Shown: positions 44,089-53,994 of the stretch, piece by piece
Position numbering within the stretch: position 1 is the stretch's first letter
Layout: every line of letters begins with the position of its first letter
Assembly (NCBI GenBank): GCA_039933875.1
Contig: JBDTNF010000140.1
Coordinates: forward strand, 1 to 63,272
Reading direction: 5' to 3'
DNA: 63,272 nucleotides
From: Flavobacteriales bacterium
Lineage (GTDB): Bacteria > Bacteroidota > Bacteroidia > Flavobacteriales_F > PHOS-HE28
The notes under the pieces: model-generated
Database searches by the model: none
Told to the model about the DNA's origin: nothing
What the model saw: the letters and a program-made list of their open reading frames with translations, nothing else
Translations under genes and position numbers: made by a program

Positions 44089-44916
44089 CTATCGTCCGTT
44101 AAGCTTCAGCAGGAAGACGATCTGTCCGGGCTTTGCGCCGATGATGCGCAGTGCCTTGCCCATGCCGAACCAGATGCGCGGAGAAAAGATCGCCTGTGAA
44201 AGACCAAGCGTGAGGCTGATACCCTGCGCGAAGAGCCTGCCGATGCGACCCTGCGACTGCAACACGGGCAGTGCGTAGTAGACATAGTGATCCAGTTCAA
44301 CGTAGTCCACCAGGGTGAAGCCGCCTTCAGCGGCCCAACGCTCCACAAGGGCGCGATCGCACACCCACTTATGGTTCTCGTCCGGCGTCAGTTCGTTCAT
44401 CGGCAACAACCCTTCGATCATGCCATCGGGCGCGAGGTTCTGGGAAAGGCGCTGAAGCACGCCAACGGGGTCATCGAGATGCTCCAGCACATGGCTCAAC
44501 AGGATCACGTCGTAGCGTCGGTCGGTCGCCAGCAATGGATGATCCTTCCACCGCTCCACATCGAGAATGCCCACATCACTGACATCATGGCCACGCCGGG
44601 CGAGCATTTGGCGCACAGCCTCGACGCTCACGGGGTCGATCTCCACACCCGCGATGCGGCATGACGGATCGCAGGCGCGCAGGAACGTGCCCGTACCGAA
44701 ACCATAGTCCAGCACCGCAAGATCCTTCAGCGGACGACCATTGCGCTCCAGCAAAAGGCGCGCGGCCTTTACCTTGGCCGAACGCATGTAGGCGAAATGG
44801 TACAACGCCGATTGTCGGCCGCGATAGACCGTGTAGAATTTCTCCTGATCGCGCGCGGCGACGTCGGTGGTGGGTGGCTGGGGCGTGTTCATAGGACCAT
44901 CATGTGCCCCTTCCAA
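44089..44916 (-). CDS. class I SAM-dependent methyltransferase
   Basis: 275 aa. Motif I is VLDYGFGTGTFL, followed by VILLSHVLEHLDDP (motif post-II/III). Confidence 0.75.
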   Translation of the reverse strand: MEGAHDGPMNTPQPPTTDVAARDQEKFYTVYRGRQSALYHFAYMRSAKVKAARLLLERNGRPLKDLAVLDYGFGTGTFLRACDPSCRIAGVEIDPVSVEAVRQMLARRGHDVSDVGILDVERWKDHPLLATDRRYDVILLSHVLEHLDDPVGVLQRLSQNLAPDGMIEGLLPMNELTPDENHKWVCDRALVERWAAEGGFTLVDYVELDHYVYYALPVLQSQGRIGRLFAQGISLTLGLSQAIFSPRIWFGMGKALRIIGAKPGQIVFLLKLNGR

Positions 44917-45764
44917 ATGAAAGTGGGCTTGCTAACGTGAACCGTGCGTCGCTCGGCTGAAACGCCATCGGGGGTTGAAGGATCAGGCCGGTAAAGCGCG
45001 TAGTCGAAAGGTGCCTGTTGGTAATAGCCTGAGGCGATCTTGCGGGCATAGTCATCCATGCGCACCAGCGGGGTGACCAGACGGTCCACGCTGGTGAGCG
45101 CGGCCTCGACACGCTTCGATTCCTCCCGGGCGCGCGGGCTCATGCCCAGGTTGCCTCCGGTATCGGTGAAGGTGGAGATGAACGCCTCGACCTTGGCCAC
45201 ACGGGCGCCCTTCTCCATCAACTCTTTCAGCCAGGCCCAGTCGCCCATGGCCTTCCACCGTTTGTCGAAGAGCACAGCTCCCGGGCCTTTCACCAGGTGC
45301 CTGCGGAAGAACATCGAACTGCTATGCACCGGAAGCCGCCCCCGGCGCAGGATGCCCGGAAGTGGGACCACAGCCTTGCGGTGGCACATGTATTCCCCGT
45401 CCGGATCCACCACTACGGTATGGCCCACGGCAATGTCCACCTTGGGGTGGGCATTGAAGAAGTCCCGCACCTCGGCCAGTGCGCCGGGCAGGTATTGTTC
45501 ATCGCAGTTGAGCCACGAGAACACATCGCCATCCCCTTTGATGATGCCCCGGTTGATGGCATCGTACATGCCATCGTCCGCTTCGGCTATGCCCTGGATA
45601 TCTGGTCGGGTCAGGAGCCAGTCGCGTGTGCCGTCCTTGGAGCCGCCGTCCTGTACGATGTGTTCCACGACCACACCATCGCGGCGTTGATCCACGATCG
45701 ATGCGGCATTGAGCTTCAAGTAGGCGAGCTGTCCGAAGCTCGGGGTGACAACGGTGAATTTCAT
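44889..45764 (-). CDS. family 2 glycosyltransferase
   Basis: 291 aa. MKFTVVTPSFGQLAYL...HIVQDGGSKDGT...NRGI...GDVFSWLNCDEQY shows GT-A fold DxD-type motifs. It overlaps the downstream methyltransferase gene by 28 nt. Confidence 0.75.
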   Translation of the reverse strand: MKFTVVTPSFGQLAYLKLNAASIVDQRRDGVVVEHIVQDGGSKDGTRDWLLTRPDIQGIAEADDGMYDAINRGIIKGDGDVFSWLNCDEQYLPGALAEVRDFFNAHPKVDIAVGHTVVVDPDGEYMCHRKAVVPLPGILRRGRLPVHSSSMFFRRHLVKGPGAVLFDKRWKAMGDWAWLKELMEKGARVAKVEAFISTFTDTGGNLGMSPRAREESKRVEAALTSVDRLVTPLVRMDDYARKIASGYYQQAPFDYALYRPDPSTPDGVSAERRTVHVSKPTFIWKGHMMVL

Positions 45765-45795
45765 GTGCGCTGAACGGCCGCCACTGGTACGGGGA

Positions 45796-47337
45796 TCACA
45801 GCGGGATGTTCCCGTGTTTCTTCTTGGGCAGGGTATCCACCTTGTTGCGCAGCATGCGCAGCGCGTGGATCACTTTCACGCGGGTGTCGCTCGGACGGAT
45901 GACTTCATCCACATAACCTCGCGCCGCGGCCTCATATGGATTAGCGAACTGCTCCTTGTATTCGGCTTCCTTCTCCTGCCACTTCGCCTTGGGGTCCTTC
46001 GCCTTGGCGATCTCGTTCTTGAAGATGATCTCGGCGGCACCCTTCGCTCCCATCACCGCGATCTCCGCGCTGGGCCAGGCATAGTTCATGTCGCACCCGA
46101 TGTGCTTGCTGTTCATCACATCGTACGCTCCGCCATAGGCCTTGCGGGTGATGACCGTGATGCGCGGTACCGTTGCCTCGCAGAAGGCATAGAGCAACTT
46201 GGCACCGTGGTCGATGATGCCGCGCCATTCCTGGTCGGTTCCGGGAAGGAAACCGGGAACATCCACGAAGACCAGCAGCGGGATGTTGAACGCGTCGCAG
46301 AAGCGAACGAACCGGGCGGCCTTGATGCTGGCATCGATATCGAGAACACCAGCGAGCACAGCGGGCTGATTGGCCACGCAACCCACGGACCTTCCTTCCA
46401 CACGGGCGAAGCCAACAACCATGTTCCGGGCGTAGTCGGCATGCACTTCCATGCTGCTGTCCGCATCGATCACCGCGTTCATCACCTGGCGGATGTCGTA
46501 CGGCGTGTTCGGGTTTTCCGGGATGATGCTATCGAGTTCCGGGCGGATCTCATCCCCGCCCTCGTATGGGAAAACAGGTGATTCCTCCTCACAATTGCTC
46601 GGGAGATAGGCGACCAGGCGCCGCAACTCCTTGATCGCCTCCAGCTCGTTGGGTGCGGTGAAGTGCGCCACACCGCTCTTGCTGGCATGGGTGGACGCCC
46701 CCCCGAGCTCTTCAGCGGTCACTTCCTCGTGCGTCACGGTCTTCACCACGTTGGGGCCGGTGACGAACATGTAGCTGCTGCCCTCCACCATCATCACGAA
46801 GTCGGTGAGCGCCGGCGAATAGACCGCCCCACCGGCACAGGGGCCAAGAATGGCGCTGATCTGCGGCACCACGCCGCTGCTGCGCACGTTGCGGAAAAAA
46901 ATATCGGCATAACCGCCCAGGCTGACGACGCCTTCCTGGATGCGCGCACCACCGCTGTCGTTCAAGCCGATGACCGGCGCACCGTTCTGCATGGCAAGGT
47001 CCATGATCCGGCAGATCTTCTCGGCGTGTGCTTCGGCGAGCGACCCACCGAGCACCGTGAAATCCTGGGAGAAGACGTAGACCAGTCTGCCATCGATGGT
47101 GCCAAAACCGGTGACGACGCCGTCGCCCGGGAACACCTGCTTGTCCAATCCGAAATTGGTGCTGCGGTGGGTCACCAGCTGGCCGATCTCCTGGAAGCTG
47201 CCCTCGTCCAACAAGAGGTTCACCCGCTCGCGGGCGGTGAGTTTGCCCTTCTTGTGCTGGGCGGCGATACGTTCCGCACCACCGCCGTCCAGGGCTTTCG
47301 CCGTGCGGGCATCGAGCGTGTCGAAGTGTTCCTTCAT
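45796..47337 (-). CDS. acyl-CoA carboxylase carboxyltransferase (beta) subunit (propionyl-/methylmalonyl-CoA type)
   Basis: The ATG at 47337 gives [39 protein letters not shown]...; the track ORF extends to 47406. The whole length resembles PccB/MmdA-type carboxyltransferases. Confidence 0.88.
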   Translation of the reverse strand: MKEHFDTLDARTAKALDGGGAERIAAQHKKGKLTARERVNLLLDEGSFQEIGQLVTHRSTNFGLDKQVFPGDGVVTGFGTIDGRLVYVFSQDFTVLGGSLAEAHAEKICRIMDLAMQNGAPVIGLNDSGGARIQEGVVSLGGYADIFFRNVRSSGVVPQISAILGPCAGGAVYSPALTDFVMMVEGSSYMFVTGPNVVKTVTHEEVTAEELGGASTHASKSGVAHFTAPNELEAIKELRRLVAYLPSNCEEESPVFPYEGGDEIRPELDSIIPENPNTPYDIRQVMNAVIDADSSMEVHADYARNMVVGFARVEGRSVGCVANQPAVLAGVLDIDASIKAARFVRFCDAFNIPLLVFVDVPGFLPGTDQEWRGIIDHGAKLLYAFCEATVPRITVITRKAYGGAYDVMNSKHIGCDMNYAWPSAEIAVMGAKGAAEIIFKNEIAKAKDPKAKWQEKEAEYKEQFANPYEAAARGYVDEVIRPSDTRVKVIHALRMLRNKVDTLPKKKHGNIPL

Positions 47338-47421
47338 CGGTTCGCCATGGTAGGCCACCAAAGGTAGAAGCGGTCCGGAGTACCGCACTTCCGTACTTTT
47401 CAGCACTCCCTACATCCCGCT

Positions 47422-49359
47422 GTGCAGCGGGACGGGATGATGCACATGCAGTGGCGCTTCGCTGACCTTCCCGTTCGAACCAAGTTCATGGTGACGTTGG
47501 GCATTCCCGTTCTGGGGATGGTGTTGCTGATCGGCAAACAGGTCGATGGCAGCATCAAGCGGCGCAATGTGATGAGCTACATCAACGAGCAGAGCGGCCT
47601 GATCGGACTGTACGCGAACGTGCTGCACGAACTGCAGAAGGAAGGCGCCCTGTCGGTGGGCTACCTCACCGGGCAGGCCGTGAACCCGATGAAGCTGTCG
47701 ATCCAGTACGCCCATAGCGATGCGGCCATCACCGTCTTGAGCGACCGCGTACGTGCGAAGGACCCGGCGATCCCCGAGAGCATGCCTTTCGATGGCCTGG
47801 GGATCCTGCGGCAGCGGGTAACCGGCCGCCAGACCGACGCCCGGGCGGCCTCGCGCGCCTATCGCGCCATGGACAGCGCGCTCCTCGATGAACTGGGTCG
47901 CATCGGCAAGCTGGCCCTCGACCCGGAAACGAAGGACCGCATGTACGCACACCTCCGGCTGTTGAACGCCAAGGAAGCGCTGAGCGCGGTGCGTGATCGA
48001 CTGAGCATCGGCTATTCCGATGACCATCTGCGCGATGACGAGATGGCCGAACTCAGCGAGCAGGTCTCGGCCTACGAAACCAACATGCTGCTCTTCGAGC
48101 GTGACGCCCCGCCGGAGGTGCTGGGCACCTACCGCGATGTGTTCCAGGGGCCTGACGTGAACTTCATGCGCTCGCTCATCGGCACGGTGAAGGAGCGTCG
48201 CTCCCTGGACTCGGGCATCGCACCGCGCGAGTGGTGGGAACTCTCCCTGTTGTCATTGGATAAACTGAAGGAGGTCGAGGACCATTCGTTGAGCCTGATC
48301 CTGGAGAACACGGCCTCGAACTCAAGCGGCGCAACGGTGCGCCTGCTCATTGTGCTGGCCGCGCTGATCGGGGTGGTGGGCGCGGTGATGGTGATGGGCT
48401 TCGTGATCCTGCGCGGGGTGCGCAACACGGTGAACGAGGTGGGTCACGCGGCGCGTTACCTGGCCATGGGAGACATCAGTGCGAAGGTGCCGGTGAACAC
48501 CACGGACGAGATCGGGCAGATGGCGCTCTCGTTCAACGACATGATCGACAACATCCGCTCACTCGCCAGCAGTGCGGAATCCATCGGCAAGGGCGACTAC
48601 AACACCACGGTGAAGGTGCGCGGGCCGCAGGACGTGCTGGGTATCGCGCTGAGCCGGATGAAGGAGAACCTGAAGGCGGCCCGGTTACGGGATGATGAAC
48701 AGACCTCCGCGCTGCAGAGCGAAAAGGCCAAACTCGAGGTGGCCAACGAACGGATCCATGTGTTGATCAAGGAGATGCATCACCGCGTAAAGAACAACCT
48801 GCAGGTGGTGGCCAGTCTGCTCCGCCTGCAAGCGGGCACCATCGCGGACGAGCGATTACAGGAGGCGTTCCAACAGAGCCAGAGCCGGGTGACCTCGATG
48901 GCCTTGATCCATGAGAAACTCTACAAAGGCGACGAATTGACCACGCTCGATGTGGGACTGTACATCCACGAACTGTTCTCCGAGCTCGTTCGGATGAACG
49001 ACGTACACGACCGGATCCGGTACAACACCGACATCGATGTGGGCCTCGCTTTCGACCTGAACACCATGGTGCCGTTGGGCCTGCTGCTCAATGAGCTGAT
49101 CACCAATTCGTTCAAGCACGCGTTCCGGGGCCGCAACGAAGGCTTGATCGTCCTTGCCTTGCACCGGGCCGAGAACGATTCGTTCGACCTGGCCTATACC
49201 GACGATGGTGTGGGTATGCCCATCGAGAAGATGCAGACCGATGGGGCCACGCTTGGTGTAACGCTCATCGAGAGCCTGGTGGAACAGTTGAACGGTCGTA
49301 TGACCGTGGACGGAAGCTCTGGGGGAACGCGCTACCACATCCGGTTCAAGCACCTGTGA
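47422..49359 (+). CDS. sensor histidine kinase (periplasmic/NIT-like sensor, HAMP, HisKA_2, HATPase)
   Basis: 645 aa. The TM-sensor-TM-HAMP region includes TDEIGQMALSFNDMIDNI. HHRVKNNLQVVASLLRLQ is the HisKA_2/HWE-type phosphoacceptor. The NIT assignment of the sensor is only a pattern impression. Confidence 0.75.
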   Translation: MQRDGMMHMQWRFADLPVRTKFMVTLGIPVLGMVLLIGKQVDGSIKRRNVMSYINEQSGLIGLYANVLHELQKEGALSVGYLTGQAVNPMKLSIQYAHSDAAITVLSDRVRAKDPAIPESMPFDGLGILRQRVTGRQTDARAASRAYRAMDSALLDELGRIGKLALDPETKDRMYAHLRLLNAKEALSAVRDRLSIGYSDDHLRDDEMAELSEQVSAYETNMLLFERDAPPEVLGTYRDVFQGPDVNFMRSLIGTVKERRSLDSGIAPREWWELSLLSLDKLKEVEDHSLSLILENTASNSSGATVRLLIVLAALIGVVGAVMVMGFVILRGVRNTVNEVGHAARYLAMGDISAKVPVNTTDEIGQMALSFNDMIDNIRSLASSAESIGKGDYNTTVKVRGPQDVLGIALSRMKENLKAARLRDDEQTSALQSEKAKLEVANERIHVLIKEMHHRVKNNLQVVASLLRLQAGTIADERLQEAFQQSQSRVTSMALIHEKLYKGDELTTLDVGLYIHELFSELVRMNDVHDRIRYNTDIDVGLAFDLNTMVPLGLLLNELITNSFKHAFRGRNEGLIVLALHRAENDSFDLAYTDDGVGMPIEKMQTDGATLGVTLIESLVEQLNGRMTVDGSSGGTRYHIRFKHL

Positions 49360-49405
49360 ACCAACATGAGCGCCAGGTGAGGGACGCGGACCCGCTCACT
49401 AAGGC

Positions 49406-50158
49406 CTAGCCTTTCTCCAACTCGGCTTCGACCTCCTCCGTCAAGTCCATGTTGTGGTAGACGGCGTTCACGTCCTCATCCTCATCGAGCATGTCCACCA
49501 GCTTCATCACGTTCCGTGCGGTGGTGATGTCCACGGGATGCAGCGTGAGGGGAAAGCGTTTCAATTCAGCGCTTTTCGATTCCACGCCCAACTCCTCCAG
49601 CTTCTGCTGCATGTTGCCGAACGCGGTGTACGGCGTCAGGATGATCAAACCCTCGTCATCGCGGATCACATCCTCGGCACCCGCATCGATGCACTCCATC
49701 TCGAACTCATCGATGTCACGTCCTTTCAGCGCGGCGCTCTCAATGACGAACTGCGCCTTGCGCTCGAACACATGGGACAGCGAGCCCGAAGTACCCAGCG
49801 TGCCGTTGCATTTGGAGAAGAAGCTGCGCACATTGGCGACCGTACGCGTGGTGTTGTTCGTGGCCGCATCCACGAAGATCGCCACACCGCCGGGTGCGTA
49901 TCCCTCGTAGGTGATCTCAGCGAAATCATTGCCTTCACCGCCGGCCGCCTTCTTGATGGCGCGATCCACGTTGTCCTTGGGCATGTTCACGCCGCGGGCG
50001 TTCTGGATCGCCATGCGCAGGCGCGTGTTGCTATCGGGGTTCGGGCCACCGGCCTTCACGGCCATGGCGATCTCCTTGCCGATGCGGGTGAAGAGCTTGC
50101 TCAGCTTCGCGTTGCGGGCGAAGATCTTGTGCTTGCGTGTCTCGAATATGCGGCCCAT
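49406..50158 (-). CDS. yebC: YebC/PmpR-family transcriptional regulator
   Basis: The ATG at 50158 gives MGRIFETRKHKIFARNAKLSKLFTRIGKEI..., the canonical YebC N-terminus. The track ORF extends to 50230. Confidence 0.9.
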   Translation of the reverse strand: MGRIFETRKHKIFARNAKLSKLFTRIGKEIAMAVKAGGPNPDSNTRLRMAIQNARGVNMPKDNVDRAIKKAAGGEGNDFAEITYEGYAPGGVAIFVDAATNNTTRTVANVRSFFSKCNGTLGTSGSLSHVFERKAQFVIESAALKGRDIDEFEMECIDAGAEDVIRDDEGLIILTPYTAFGNMQQKLEELGVESKSAELKRFPLTLHPVDITTARNVMKLVDMLDEDEDVNAVYHNMDLTEEVEAELEKG

Positions 50159-50280
50159 GGGATACGGTTCTGGTAACGGGGCCGCTAAAATAGGCCTCCA
50201 GCCCCAACGATCGGGGCCGCGGGCCGCCACCTTCGTGTAGCGGTCGCGGCCCCCAGGCCCAACCCCTCGTTGCCTGCCGA

Positions 50281-50300
50281 TGCTCCGCCATGGCGGAGCA
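50281..50300. repeat. perfect 20-bp palindrome (terminator stem or operator)
   Basis: tgctccgccatggcggagca equals its own reverse complement. It lies 8 nt downstream of the OMP gene stop (minus strand) and about 120 nt upstream of the yebC start. Confidence 0.6.
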
Positions 50301-50307
50301 CGGCGTG

Positions 50308-51321
50308 CTAGTTGAACCCTATGATCGTCAGGCCGATGTTCAGCGGGGTGAGTTCAGGCCCCTTCCCATCCTCGAACAAGGGGGTGAGGCTGTATTCGGC
50401 GAAAAGGTTCAGGTGGCCATAGCCGATGCGCACGGAGGCGGCAGCGCGGTATGGCAGCATATGATAATCGCCGCTTGAACGGTCCTTTTGGGGATCCTCG
50501 TTCAGCTCGTATTTCTGTTTGTACATGGTGGCGAAGTACCAGCTGCCCACCACGCCCACAGCGATGTGGAAGTTCCCCTTGTTGCTCATCTCAAAAGGCT
50601 TATGCTGGCCTTTCTTCAGGACCTTGACCGTATCCCTCGCTGCCGCAAGCACCTCTTCGGCCGCAGGCATCCTGGCCCGTTTGGTATTGAACTCGAGCAT
50701 CAAGGGCAGGCGCAGTCCTGTCTGCCGCAACTTGTTCTTGCGAAGCTCAGGGGTCTCCATGGGCACACCGTAGACCGAATCAGCATTGTACTGCAGGGTC
50801 ACGTTATTGGCGAGGTGATAGCTCGTGAACTCAAGCCCGAGTCCCGTGAGCAGACCTACATGGTGGCTTCCGAACTCGATCTTCTCCTCCATGAAATTGA
50901 TCGCGAAAAAGCGCGACTTGGCATTGTCGATCTGCATGAAATCGGCCGATGCGTCCAGGTCCGCATCACCATCGCTGCCGAGCAAGGTGTTCACCCCAAG
51001 GTCCAATCCACTCCAGTACGTGAATTGGTTGCGGCGCTGGGTGCGCAGGTCCTTCAGCACTTCGGCAACACTATCGTTCACGCTGGCCCATGGCTTGGGC
51101 ACGGTGGTGACGGTGATCCGCTTGTACCGGGTATCGATGGTCCAGGAGCCCTTGTTCGTGACCGTATCCCCGTCCACCATGCGCACACCCATGCCATCCT
51201 TATGTGTCATACCGATCTCGAGGGACTGCATGTGGCCCTCATCCGTGCGCACGGTATCGGTTTGAGCGAGGCATGCGATCGGGGCGGTGATCAGTGCTAG
51301 GAGGCAAACGAAGGCTCTCAT
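50308..51321 (-). CDS. outer-membrane beta-barrel protein (hypothetical)
   Basis: The ATG at 51321 gives MRAFVCLLALITAPIACLAQ (signal peptide). Alternating hydrophobic strands run throughout, and the C-terminus is ...LNIGLTIIGFN. The track ORF extends to 51546. Confidence 0.6.
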   Translation of the reverse strand: MRAFVCLLALITAPIACLAQTDTVRTDEGHMQSLEIGMTHKDGMGVRMVDGDTVTNKGSWTIDTRYKRITVTTVPKPWASVNDSVAEVLKDLRTQRRNQFTYWSGLDLGVNTLLGSDGDADLDASADFMQIDNAKSRFFAINFMEEKIEFGSHHVGLLTGLGLEFTSYHLANNVTLQYNADSVYGVPMETPELRKNKLRQTGLRLPLMLEFNTKRARMPAAEEVLAAARDTVKVLKKGQHKPFEMSNKGNFHIAVGVVGSWYFATMYKQKYELNEDPQKDRSSGDYHMLPYRAAASVRIGYGHLNLFAEYSLTPLFEDGKGPELTPLNIGLTIIGFN

Positions 51322-51380
51322 GGAAGTAGGTTCTTGCACGTAGGACGATCCACCCTGCCATGAGTTACAGGCCGGTGCAG

Positions 51381-51409
51381 AAAAGCAAAAAGCCCCATGT
51401 TCTGGGGCT
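51381..51409 (-). terminator. rho-independent terminator
   Basis: The minus strand reads agcccca-gaaca-tggggct followed by ttttgctttt. It lies 37 nt downstream of the stop of 51446..51808. Confidence 0.75.
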
Positions 51410-51445
51410 CTTCTGCTATGTGGGTCGCGTGTTAGCGAAGACGGT

Positions 51446-51808
51446 TCAACTCTTCTCGGGATGGAAGGAGATATGCATGTGGGTCGTTTTCCAGATGCCT
51501 TCAGGGTTCTCGCCGATATCGACGCGGGACAGCTTGCGAAGCACATAGTCCTTCAGGCGTTCGTTCTGCGAGGCGCAGGAGACCACTTCGATACGACCCT
51601 CCTTGTCGATGACGAAGCTCACATACACGTCGCCGGTCATATCACCCTTCTCCAGCACGGGGAAGCTCAGGTGTTTGCTCAGGGCGCGATCGAGCGAACG
51701 CTCCAGGGCGGTGGGCGACTTCAAGTTCATGGGCTCGGCGGCGCGGGTGTAGTTCAGCGTGAGCACGCTGGCGAGGACGAGCAGGGCGCGGGTGAACAGG
51801 GTTTTCAT
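51446..51808 (-). CDS. small secreted protein with TonB-C-terminal-like domain
   Basis: The ATG at 51808 gives MKTLFTRALLVLASVLTLNYTRA (signal peptide). GDVYVSFVIDKEGRIEVV...LKDYVLRKL resembles the TonB_C fold pattern. Confidence 0.5.
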   Translation of the reverse strand: MKTLFTRALLVLASVLTLNYTRAAEPMNLKSPTALERSLDRALSKHLSFPVLEKGDMTGDVYVSFVIDKEGRIEVVSCASQNERLKDYVLRKLSRVDIGENPEGIWKTTHMHISFHPEKS

Positions 51809-52016
51809 GGCGGTGTGGTGTTGTTGGTTTTCGAACATGGGACGGCACCGGGCCGGCCGTAGTTACAGGTTGAACGCTCGATCGTGATGAGCGGCACGGG
51901 GAAGGTGATGAGCGGGGGAATTCGCTTCGGCGTCCTGGGTCAACGCCTCGAGCCCCTAGGCGAAGTCGACTCGTCAATGCTATCGGAACGGTACGGGGAC
52001 GCGCGACAGGACTAGC

Positions 52017-53366
52017 CTACCGGCTGGCGCTGATGGCCAGGTTGCGACCCAGGCGCAAGTTGAAGCCGCGCAGGCCACCATCAGCCTTGCGGTCCACCGC
52101 GAGGCCCGCTCGATCGCCACCCACGGCTTTCAGGCCTTTGTCCACGGCAGCAACAGCATCGTCGCGATCCAATGCCTGGGTCTCGCGCGCAGGGCGGTCA
52201 AGAACGCGCTCGCGCACGGTGGCGGTCAGCATTTCAGCGACGGTCATCTCGTTCTTCGCAGGAGCCGTCGCAGCCGTGGGAAGTTCTTCGTACTTGATCG
52301 GCGGCACTTCGGGTACAGGAACATTCGCGGGCGGGTCGCGCCGTTCATCAACCGCAGGAACAACAGCTCGATGTTCCGCAAGGGGGAGCGTTTCGTTCCG
52401 ATCCACCGGTACGGTGTTCCGGGGCGCCGGTTCGTTCGCTGGGGCCATCGCAGGTACGCTATCCGTGCCGGAACTCTTGCGTTCTTGAACCGATCCCGGA
52501 GTGTTGGTCGGGATGGCGCCCTCGTTCAATTCCAGCTTCACATCGTTCGGTCGCACGCGCTCATCCTGTTGTGGTGGGATCTTCTGCGTGGCGCCGCTCT
52601 TCTTCGGGGTCTCTGCCACTTGTGGTCCTTCCGGCGCACGCTGCAGCAGGAACCACAGCCCCAGGCCGATGATCGCCGCCACAGAGGCCGCCGCCGCCAG
52701 CCGCACCGTCCAGTTCACCGAACCGATGGCGATCACGCGACCGCCCTTCTTCAGCGCGCTCTTCTCCGGATACGCGATGGCCGATGCGTCCACACGCGTG
52801 GCGTTCATCAACCTCCAGGACTTCTGCGCAATGGGGTCCGCTGCAAGGATCTGCGAGAGCGCGGCTTCCTGCTCGCGCGTGAGGTCGCGCTCCAGGCGCG
52901 CAACGAGGAAGTCGTCCATCGTGTGGCGGGTCGGAAGACCGACCGGCGGGATATTCCGCTGCAAGGCCTGCTTCGCCGCGTAGGCCATCGCCGCGGGGAC
53001 GATCTTGGTGAGCGCGTAAATGCGCTCGGCCCGTTGGTGTTCCGGATGGTCGATCAGGTAAGCGCGCAACGCGTCGAGTTGCACAAGTGTGAGGTCACCT
53101 TCCAAGCGAGCGACCAGGTGATCATCGATGGTCGTTGCGCTGGGAATGCCGCTCGGCGGAAGGTTTCGCTTCAGCGATCCCTTCTCCGCAGCGGAAAGCG
53201 TTGCTGTGCTATCATTCAAGGTGGGCAGTTCGCCCTCTTCCGGAACGAGTTCGGGGTGTTGTGCGAGGAACGCATCGAGTTCCCGCTCCTGTTCCGGCGT
53301 GAGGTTGCCCTCAAGGCGGTCCAACAGCCAGGCTTCGTAGTTGCTATGGTCGATGCGTTGGTTCAC
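52017..53366 (-). CDS. membrane-anchored anti-sigma-factor-like protein with triplicated N-terminal module
   Basis: The GTG at 53366 overlaps the sigma-factor TGA (GTGA) and is in frame with track ORF 52017..53723. Three related modules are present (LLDRLEGNLTPEQERELDAFLAQHPE / LVARLEGDLTLVQLDALRAYLIDHPE / LVARLERDLTREQEAALSQILAADP). They are followed by a TM helix (VRLAAAASVAAIIGLGLWFLL). Confidence 0.6.
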   Translation of the reverse strand: MNQRIDHSNYEAWLLDRLEGNLTPEQERELDAFLAQHPELVPEEGELPTLNDSTATLSAAEKGSLKRNLPPSGIPSATTIDDHLVARLEGDLTLVQLDALRAYLIDHPEHQRAERIYALTKIVPAAMAYAAKQALQRNIPPVGLPTRHTMDDFLVARLERDLTREQEAALSQILAADPIAQKSWRLMNATRVDASAIAYPEKSALKKGGRVIAIGSVNWTVRLAAAASVAAIIGLGLWFLLQRAPEGPQVAETPKKSGATQKIPPQQDERVRPNDVKLELNEGAIPTNTPGSVQERKSSGTDSVPAMAPANEPAPRNTVPVDRNETLPLAEHRAVVPAVDERRDPPANVPVPEVPPIKYEELPTAATAPAKNEMTVAEMLTATVRERVLDRPARETQALDRDDAVAAVDKGLKAVGGDRAGLAVDRKADGGLRGFNLRLGRNLAISASR

Positions 53367-53848
53367 AGCACGAGGTCCAATTGACCGATGTATTCCTTCA
53401 GTGCGGTACGCCCACGGTAGATGTACACTTTCACTTGCGCGAGGTTGAGCTGTGTGAGCTCGGCGATCTCCTCGTAGCTGTATCCTTCCAGGTCGCGCAA
53501 CAGCACCACGCTGCGCTGGATCGCGGGCAACGTGGCCAGCCCTGCATCCAGCACCTCCTTCAGGTCCGGCTGGCCCTGGCTCGTATGCCGCAGATCCTCG
53601 TGGTGGTCCTCCATGCGCGTGCTGCGTTTGCCCTTCCGTACCTCGTCGATCATCACATGGTGCGCCGTGGTGAAGAGGTAACTCTTCGCCTTGGCCCCTT
53701 CCACCTCGTCCACCTTCATCCACAACCGTGCGAAACTCTCCTGCACCACGTCCTTGGCCAGGTCCTCGTCGCGCAAGTGCTTCACCGCGAAGCGATAGAT
53801 GCCATCCGCGTGCAGATCAACGGCGCTATTGTATTCTCCCAGTGTCAT
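53363..53848 (-). CDS. ECF-type RNA polymerase sigma factor
   Basis: 161 aa. Region 2 is IYRFAVKHLRDEDLAKDVVQESFARLW. Region 4 is LPAIQRSVVLLRDLEGYSYEEIAELTQLNLAQVKVYIYRGR. Confidence 0.88.
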   Translation of the reverse strand: MTLGEYNSAVDLHADGIYRFAVKHLRDEDLAKDVVQESFARLWMKVDEVEGAKAKSYLFTTAHHVMIDEVRKGKRSTRMEDHHEDLRHTSQGQPDLKEVLDAGLATLPAIQRSVVLLRDLEGYSYEEIAELTQLNLAQVKVYIYRGRTALKEYIGQLDLVL

Positions 53849-53934
53849 CGGGGTGAGGAAACCCGGTGTGTTGATGGTGGGACGGGTAGGTCCCGACGAA
53901 AGTTACAGGGCCGTGAGGTGGCCCATGGCTTACC

Positions 53935-53971
53935 CCAAATAAAGACAGCGCCCGGATCCCTCCGGGCGCTG
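53935..53971 (-). terminator. rho-independent terminator
   Basis: The minus strand reads cagcgcccgga-ggga-tccgggcgctg followed by tctttattt. It lies 24 nt downstream of the stop of 53995..54864. Confidence 0.75.
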
Positions 53972-53994
53972 CCCTTCGTCAAGGCCGGTCCAGG

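Noticed and set aside
52017-53723. The 568-aa form of the anti-sigma ORF might be the real gene.
   Set aside because: - Its first 119 codons overlap the ECF sigma gene in a different frame and translate to Gly/Arg/Pro-rich sequence.
- The in-frame GTG at 53366, overlapping the sigma stop, gives the usual coupled sigma/anti-sigma arrangement.
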